A program made the translations under genes and the position numbers. A stretch of DNA of 64,000 nt from Catajapyx aquilonaris (lineage: Eukaryota): assembly GCA_000934665.2 (NCBI GenBank), contig JYFJ02000087.1, positions 124,001 through 188,000 on the forward strand. The letters run 5' to 3'. The notes beneath the pieces are model-generated. The model was not told the DNA's origin. It searched no databases and saw only the letters and a list, made by a program, of their open reading frames with translations. Each line of letters begins with the position of its first letter. Positions within the stretch are counted from its first letter, which is position 1. Positions 56,601 to 64,000 of the stretch are shown here, piece after piece.

Positions 56601-57003
56601 ACAACGCATTTTTTCATGGCTGAAAATTCAGGCTGCAATGTGGGCCATGTGGGCACAACAACTGATGTGTCTGACGTACCAAGCATGCATGGCCCTCTTG
56701 AGAGGCGTCTCCTCGCTGGGCAGGAAGGCAGCCTTTGCGCTCTCCTTGGAGGCAGTGGGTCGCAGCACCTCCCTGGTGACATGTATCACAGGATAAGACC
56801 CCAGCTGCAACGAACGGTCCCAATCAGTCGGTTGAACCACTGCCAATAAACACACCATTTATAGTAGGAGGGAGGCATACCATAGGGCTGTACTTGGTGA
56901 TGTCCGCCGACTCGGCCGGCATGAAGTGCATCTTCCCTTCCTTCTCGCAAACGGTCACCATCCCAGGCCCCGGAGGTTGAGGGAATCCAGCCAAGGAGGT
57001 CAT
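53606..57003 (-). CDS. AAAS: Aladin, WD40 nucleoporin, 500 aa; exons 57003-56881, 56804-56680, 55657-55516, 55371-54479, 53886-53802, 53740-53606
   Basis: N-terminal MTSLAGFPQPPGPGMVTVCE, FAWHPH, LKHRQQRDVTCMAWRPLSASELAVGC, WDPSGERLAV, PCGFIQG and GALLAVVWSGGRIQYFP. Phases are consistent. Confidence 0.95.
54082..54419. mobile_element. Foldback-type Tc1/mariner MITE, 338 bp, in AAAS intron 4
   Basis: Near-perfect inverted arms of ~150 bp starting cagtgctggacatattagcc and ending ggctaatatgtccagcactg, a short central spacer, and a TA TSD (54080-54081 and 54420-54421). Confidence 0.92.
55862..56420 (-). mobile_element. Decayed mariner transposon (3' part of transposase plus one TIR) in AAAS intron 2
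   Basis: Translation GKAMTITFF...YYVAVLKVLAEHIRRKRPEL...PYSPDLAPC then frameshift to FLFPCLKLVLRGHRF. A TA-ccagggcaagtcaac TIR-like end lies at 55860-55880. Confidence 0.88.
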
Positions 57004-57362
57004 CTTCTTCGCCACAGGAAAGCTCGAAAAAAGGACAACCAAACCGACAAAGAAGCAACCGCCAATGGCCGCCACATAAAGTGCCGACACCTGCCCGACC
57101 CTTGTAACGACTGCCAGCACCGACACTGTTTAAAACTTAGAAGCATAATTAGTTTTTTAATTAGTTCGGCATTAAATTTGTTTAATTTTTAGAAACCGTT
57201 GGTGATGTGGCAGGAGAGGGAATGCGCCTTGTTGGGCGTAGGCAGCTCCTCGGCGCGGGTTTCAACCGAAGCTTCTTCTTCTTCCGATCATGATGATCGG
57301 ATCATCAGAAATGGAGGATGTGAGGTTGCTGCAAGGAGCGGCGAGAGGGATGCTGGAGGGCC
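57004..57362. promoter_or_regulatory. Bidirectional promoter/5'UTR interval shared by AAAS and PXYLP1
   Basis: The divergent start codons are only ~360 bp apart. An AT-rich core at 57130-57195 is flanked by CpG-rich sequence. Confidence 0.65.
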
Positions 57363-58987
57363 ATGGACCGGCGGTGCCTGGGAGGCCATGAGGAGGAGGA
57401 AGAGGGGGCCAGCATGAAGCTCACCACCAACAGGACTCTCTACTGCTACCTGGCTCTCACACTATGGATATTCATCGTGGTGGCCGGTCAGTGCACTTGC
57501 CGTACTCACTGGTATGCAGCGCTGAATCATGATTGTGTCTTGCTGCAGGTCTGTACCGATTCATGTACAGGGATGCCCTCCTGTCCACCCCGCATCCTGC
57601 CAGCCGACCCACTCTGGACAGCTCCATCTTGAAGCCTTTTCTGCGGTCGGGAGGACCAGTTAGCACCAAGAGGGTGGCTAAGCTGTGTAATGAGCCGGAC
57701 AGGATATCGGTTGGGTCAGAAGGGGACGTTCATACCAATTACACCTTGGAAGGGGTGGTTGTGCTTTTTAGGCATGGTGACCGGGGGCCTTTGTCGCACG
57801 TGCGCAACATCAGCTCCATACATTGCTCCGGGCACTATGATCCAATGCTGCCTCCATATTGGAGCTACTTGCAAAATGCGTCGAGAGATCCTGACTTTCT
57901 GCGGTTCCTCGGACCGTTCCAGACGTTTCCGTTGGCACCTGAGCATGATGAGTGTGCGCTTGGGCAATTGACACGACTGGGGGTGTCGCAACTGCTACGT
58001 ACTGGAGAGGTGTTGCGTGAAGCGTACCGCTCCCGGCTACCTACATGGCCACCTGTTACGGTCACGTACAGCACCAGGTATCGACGCACATTCCAGAGTG
58101 CACTGGCATTCCTCTATGCTCTGCTGGGGCCAGCCCACGTCACAATGGTGGCCCTGCGTGAATCACAGGCATTGAGCTTCTGCTTTGATGACTGCGTTTG
58201 CCCTGCAATTGAATCGCTGCGACGTCGCTTCAACAGAAATGCTGCGCAGTACCTCCGATCACATCCAGCCGTGCATGCCTTGGTTCGCTCCTTAGCTGCA
58301 GCCATTTTTGACCATGGTGACCATGCATCCGATATACAGAATCCACGTGTGGTGGAAGATGCATTGTTAGCATACCTTTGCCACAATGCACCACTCCCAT
58401 GTGTGACTCTAGGCACGTGCATTAACATGGAACACGTCAACAACCTACTGGCATACAACGAGTGGGAATCGAAGCAACATGTCAAGAGCAAGCCATTGGT
58501 CCGAAGTTTTGTGCTGCAGTCGTACGGACTGGTGCGAAACATCCTGCAACACCTGCTGAGAATGATGTCTGATGCAGATGTTCCACGAGTCATCGCTTAC
58601 TCTGGACATGACAAGACCATGCAATACCTGATGTTCTCAATGGGCGTTTCAGATGGTTCCTTGCCTCCGTATGCATCCAGGCTTGTGGTCGAGCTATACC
58701 GGCACGGGGCTGCCTCACATCCTGACCGCTTCTACTTCCGAGTGGTGTACAATGGGCGGGACGTTACCTCCAGGGTTGCTTTCTGTCGACGCACTGCATT
58801 CCCTGTCATGGGGGACCTCAACATTGTTGCACCTGACGAGAGGCGAAGACAGGCATACCTTTGCAGGATCGAGAACATTGTGAGGTTCCTACATGACGAC
58901 TACTTTCAACTATTCAATGGCACCAACTTCAAGGATGTGTGCTTTCCTAATGGATTCGCAATGCCGACGAGATTTACTGTGCTTTAG
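57363..58987 (+). CDS. PXYLP1: 2-phosphoxylose phosphatase 1 (histidine acid phosphatase, type II membrane), ~520 aa; exons 57363-57486, 57549-58987; alternative ATG at 57414
   Basis: N-terminal TM anchor LYCYLALTLWIFIVVAGLY, RHGDR catalytic motif, GQLT, STRYRRTFQSA, YSGHD and PYASRLVVELY. Confidence 0.88.
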
Positions 58988-59672
58988 TGATATTGACAGT
59001 GATCGAGAAACAGCCAGAAGGCAGCTTGATGACATTTTATCAGCCAGTTACCCATTAGTTCCCATGAGCTATTGCACATTAGGGAATTTAATTAATCGCA
59101 GCAAAGTGCATCAACAGTATTAGCACACCCCATACCAAAGTAATTGAGGCTTAACATAGTGCAAGCATAGATCTGTTCAGTCACTGTAGAAATGGCCTTC
59201 ACATTTTGTGTTCACCAAGTTTCAGTGAATGTAATGAACAAGTCGATCTACTTTCAGTCGTACAAAACTGTGCAGCTACCTGCCGCAGCACACGATAACT
59301 TTTGTCATTCCATTTTTAGGCTGAACTGTTTGTCAGTATTTTCCTTTCTATGCAATTCGATTCCACTGAGGGCATTGCTCTCTCAACTAACTTATGTGAT
59401 ACTGCTTTTGATATACACAATGTAGGCTGACTTTGACATTGCCTCACCTCAACCCTCATCCCTCACAGATAATTTATTATAGCACGCACTTCATGAACAA
59501 CCTTTGCCTTCCATGTTTTTCCATCATTTTTCTTATAAATGATAACAATATTCCAAATGTTGCAAGACAAGAGTTTCACCCTGCACATTTTTATCACATG
59601 TAACATGAACTGTGCACCACCTCTCCTCGTAAATAGGTTTTTTTAAATAAAAAAAAAGCCACATTAACTTGA

Positions 59673-59865
59673 AGGGCCACTGCCTCAAAAATTAAACCTG
59701 AAATGCTGCTTTTAACACGTGACCTTCAAACGACTAATGTAAGAAAAAAATTTAGTGAGGGTGGAGTAGGCATGGGCAATGCTTCTTATTTCCGTTTTCA
59801 AATACCAGGGACCTATGCACCACATTCCATTAATTATCTCAAGATATTTTGGAAGGAGTGGCCCT
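59673..59865. mobile_element. Kolobok-like MITE, 193 bp
   Basis: Imperfect TIRs agggccactgcctcaaaa and ttttggaaggagtggccct, flanked by TTGA and TTAA. Confidence 0.6.
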
Positions 59866-61487
59866 TTAAGACAACAAATGGGTAACGGGCTGCCTCACTG
59901 CATTACTTCAGTTGCCAAAAGGTGGTTTTCACCCGAGGGTAGAACGAGCAGCTAGTGTGGGTGCAACCCAAATTTATGCATAATGACATTCTAGTGATTA
60001 GCTTTTTAGGGATGCCTGACTGAGTATGAATTAGCCTTTTTGTAGCCCAGTGTAATTATAACTGGGTTCATCAAACTCTATCCAATTTTCCTCCTCTATG
60101 AAGAGACTTTCCCTCCCTCCCGATCTCTTTTTACTGCATTGCAAATGTAAATAACGTCATGTGAGATGCACACGTTTGATAGACATATCTCTTTTCCGTA
60201 GGCTGCGGAAAAACTCACCAAAATACGCTTGAGTCAGTATTATTGCCGTGTCTCATGTCCACTATCTGGTTGTGCTTTTCCATAGAACGTCTTTTTTTAT
60301 TTTCATAGGTACCACAATTTTTTATGGCAAGTCACCGATGAAAAGACTGCTTACTTAAGTCTGTGTCATGAATTGGAAGTGAATAAAGGAAGGAAGGCTT
60401 GCTAGTACAATCCCATTGTTTTATTGCATGAAATTAACTCTTTTGCCTTTGACTACGGTTTCGCCCATAAACCCCCCGACACAAAAATAAAGCTATGAGT
60501 TCCTAGCGAGTCACTGGTCACTTTTCAGGTGTCAGCCCCCCTTCCATGTGGCCGACAGGGAGTGTTTTAAGAAATGACTAGCACTTCAGTCGTGCATTGT
60601 TAAGGTTCATTCCAGAGATGTGATGTTGGAAGTTTTACAGGGACAGATCTGACAATCGAACCAAAGAAATTGCAGGCCAAAATGGAACGAAAATAAGGAA
60701 TGTTCCCTGCTTCATTTTCTTCCTTGCGGATCAGGACAGAAGACAAAATAAAAGTACTAGCACACAACAGATCAAAGCACAGCAACAAAGTGTCCAGAGC
60801 CAGTCGTACTTCCTCATGTGACTGTCCATAAACTTTGTCATGCTGCAGGAGAGGAGGGCATTATATTTAAGTACAAGGGATGGAAAACGACATAACTCAA
60901 GTGTATGTAACAGTCTACTGGTTACTCTCCACTTGACTTGCTGAGACTTGCCCTTGTATTTTGACCATGTCAAAAATTTTATTTTCATTTTTTATAACAG
61001 GCCTATCATATGTCCAAACTTGTACACACTGCAACATTACACAATTTATGGACGTCCCCTTCTCTGCTTAAGCGCCACGAGATGTTGCGTACAAGATTGC
61101 TGTGGAAGTTTGGTCGTTACCACTGTTGTAACTTATTGTAACTTCCTCAATGATTTGTTAAAACTGTAGTTAAAATGGGAATGCCCAAAGTTCTACAACA
61201 ATCTCGGAGTAGAAGGCCCATAACAATTGGCTGAGAAAATGTTACAACTGGACTCTGGTATACAGGAAAGATAAATCATTGGAATGGATTTTGTCATAAA
61301 CAATATTGAGTAAACAAAGCGTGGTAAACAAGGCAAGGGATCAATTACAGGCACTGTAAATTGCACCTTTTCCCCAAACCAACATATTCGTGCCGTAAAC
61401 GAATCAAAAAATATAGCTTTCTTTTCCACTTATGTACGTTGTTAACTTGTGTCGTGATTACTGGCTCGTTATAGTTTTACCTCTATC

Positions 61488-62696
61488 TCAGATTCCTCCT
61501 CCTGTCCCAACCTCTCCAAAAACAAGTCTCTTGTATGTCGCATTCATCTGCTCCAAGAATATGAATGTGAGGACTGTGTGAGGCCCAAGTCTGGCATAAT
61601 ATGGTGTGAACCCTTTCCAAAGGGAGAAGAACCCTTCGTGTCGAATGACCTTGCTCAGAACATCCATAGCTCCTCTGTACTCTGGCTTCCCGTCAATGAT
61701 CTTCATGTTCTGCACCCTGCAATTTGGAAAGGTGCATGCTGAGTCAACATCTCGTGATGCCTGCAACTAATTTAGCTCCTACGGCACAAAGATATGACAT
61801 AACCCGTGCAATAGGAATTAATCTCGCCCAAGGATGCACACCGTAGTTTAACTCACAGTTTGTTATGCATTATATTTGTCTCTCCCAGTGCAATGATACA
61901 GGGAGGTACAATAAATGAATGACTGACTGATTGATGGTTAATTAACATAACTTCCATCCTTTTTATGAAGCATTACATGATATTTAAATATCATTGCCAC
62001 ATCTGGACTTCCTGACAGATCAGAAAGGGCGCAAAGTTTTGGCGCACATGAACTCACCTAGTTTTCGCAATGTCTACAGGCATGGAGGCAGCCGTAGTGA
62101 TAAGTCCCGAGATCATGCTGCTGCAAAAGTGAAGAAAGATTCCCTCCCTGAAGTACCCAGTGTTAAACAATATCTGCTTAGCCTGAGAATAGGACGCCAA
62201 CTGAGCCGCATTGACCACCATTGCACGTCCCATGGTAGGAAGGGTTCCTCGCCACAACGTAGCCACTCCTTCCTCCTTGGCCATCCTCGCCAGAGCATTG
62301 ACCACTCCAGTGTAGTTTCTCCTCTGCTCTGGGGGTAGCCTCCCATCTGCAGTCATCCGGATCAGGCACACCTCGGCAGGAGTGCCCACAAAGGCACCTG
62401 CACATCCAGCCGCCATTCCCAAACCAGCCTTCATGGCAAAATTGGGTGGCTGTCCTTGCGGGCCTGAGAACTGCTCAAACAAATAAGTGTACACACCAAG
62501 ACGTGTGGTGGTGTAGGTGGCTTGTCTCAACAGCCCTGCAGAGAGGCCACGATACAGGCCAGACACACCCTCGTTCTTGACCGTCTCCTGGATGACCCTT
62601 AAGCTGGTCTTCCGCTCACCCTTCGTGCCCTCACCACTCAGCTGCATGCGGTTTTTAATCAGATCAAGTGGCTGGACAAATAGCGTTGCTGCCATC
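61488..62696 (-). CDS. SLC25A11: Mitochondrial 2-oxoglutarate/malate carrier, 3' exons 62696-62058 and 61716-61488; first coding exon not found in the window
   Basis: Three carrier signatures (PLDLIKNR, PAEVCLIR, PVDIAKTR), plus RQATYTTTRLG, RAMVVNAAQLASY and KGFTPYYARLGPHT. Confidence 0.96.
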
Positions 62697-63498
62697 CTAG
62701 TGGAATAAGACATGTTACATAAGATGGAGGTGTTTACCCATGCGCTGAATCTATTTCTAGACTCCCCACTCAAAACACTTCATTGCAATCTTGGAACGCA
62801 AGTCTGCAGGGCTGTTCATTCTCAGAGTCAAATATTTTTCAACCGTAATCTAAGGCAAGTGAACCATGCAATTTTTCCATCTCAATGACCACACCCTGAA
62901 TACAAAGCCTTGCACCTTATCTACCAGTGACACAGGGTGTAAATTTTGCATCAAGTTTTACCACATTGTAAAACCATGGTGTAAAAATGAGACTCACCTG
63001 GGGATAAATTTGCAAATAAAGGCGCACCTTTTAAGTAAAAAAAAAACAACAATATACAAGTGCACCTTTTTTTTTTTTGTAAATTCAACCCTGGTTTAAA
63101 AATAATATGATATCCTAAATGTTTTAAGATGTAAACAAGAGCAATTTATTCCTACTAAATTACACCCAGGATCACCATTCAAGGCCACCATATGGCTCAA
63201 TACTATAGGCACTATTGATGTCTATGAACAGGCCTTCCTCCTGATATAAGCAGTGCAACTTTCCTGTGCTAAATTCATTCTGTACAGTAACAAAAGAGAC
63301 AAAAAGACACCGTCATTTAATTAATTTCCAGCAGTATGTCACTTGCACTTTGCACAATTAAATACCTCTAAGAAAATGTGATAGCGTGCAAAAAATTTGG
63401 CATGAATTGTGAATTCACAAGCTACAACACAGTCATTGTGTTAGTTTTTCATTTACTCATGAGAAAAATATTTAAAAAATTAAACAAAACAAAATTAA

Positions 63499-63755
63499 CC
63501 CTGGAACGATAACGTGGCATCTTTTAGGACCCCAAAGGAATTAAAATGCATTGAAATGATAATTACACTGAACTTTTGCCATTTTTTAAAAGTGTATAAC
63601 AGTAAGTGCATGTTTATTTTGAATTCGCGATCATTTTAGGCATTGTTCAAATAATTATTACATTATAGTCAATACATGGCAAAGTATTATATAAAAATTA
63701 ATAAAAATTAAAATATGGATGGGGTCCTAAAAGACCCCACGTCACCGTTCCAGGG
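63499..63755. mobile_element. piggyBac-like MITE, 257 bp
   Basis: CCC...GGG ends. ~35-bp imperfect TIRs ccctggaacgataacgtggcatcttttaggacccca and tggggtcctaaaagaccccacgtcaccgttccaggg, flanked by TTAA and TTAG. Confidence 0.8.
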
Positions 63756-64000
63756 TTAGGACGTAGCTGAGGTAAAACACTGCCAATACAAACAATAAAA
63801 TACTATTTTAATTACTGGTATGCACTGTATGTGGCAGGTCACATATCAGGTGCTTTTACACTAAAAGACAAGTGCACTTGAGACGTGGTTTCAATAGCAT
63901 GTCGCATTTACATCAAGGTGACTGCGGCTGGAGAATGCCTGTCTCTCTAGTGAAACTCAGCGACAGGTCTCCATTTGCACGCGACTGTTTCCCTTATTTT

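Overview
Eukaryotic DNA, most likely arthropod/insect, with short GT-AG introns; it is not a prokaryotic window. I rebuilt nine genes by hand from splice sites and phases: the 3' end of an M13 neprilysin-like peptidase (+), ALG3 (-), a GAPDH with a ~158-aa N-terminal extension (-), a class B calcitonin/DH31-type GPCR (+) preceded by ~26 kb with no recognisable gene, two tandem AQP11/12-like unorthodox aquaporins (+), aladin/AAAS (-) head-to-head with PXYLP1 (+), and the 3' part of SLC25A11 (-). A dense patch of small non-autonomous mobile elements lies at 51.7-54.4 kb. Main leads: (1) the second aquaporin is intact but lacks Asn in both NPA boxes (SPA/HPI); (2) a 271-bp TSD-flanked, RTE-like short retroelement whose 5' part can be drawn as an HDV-like ribozyme, sense-oriented just downstream of the AAAS stop; (3) the GAPDHS-like extended GAPDH; (4) a possible decayed third aquaporin; (5) a Glu-to-Asp change at the third zinc ligand of the neprilysin. 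All identifications rest on motif recognition; no searches were run.
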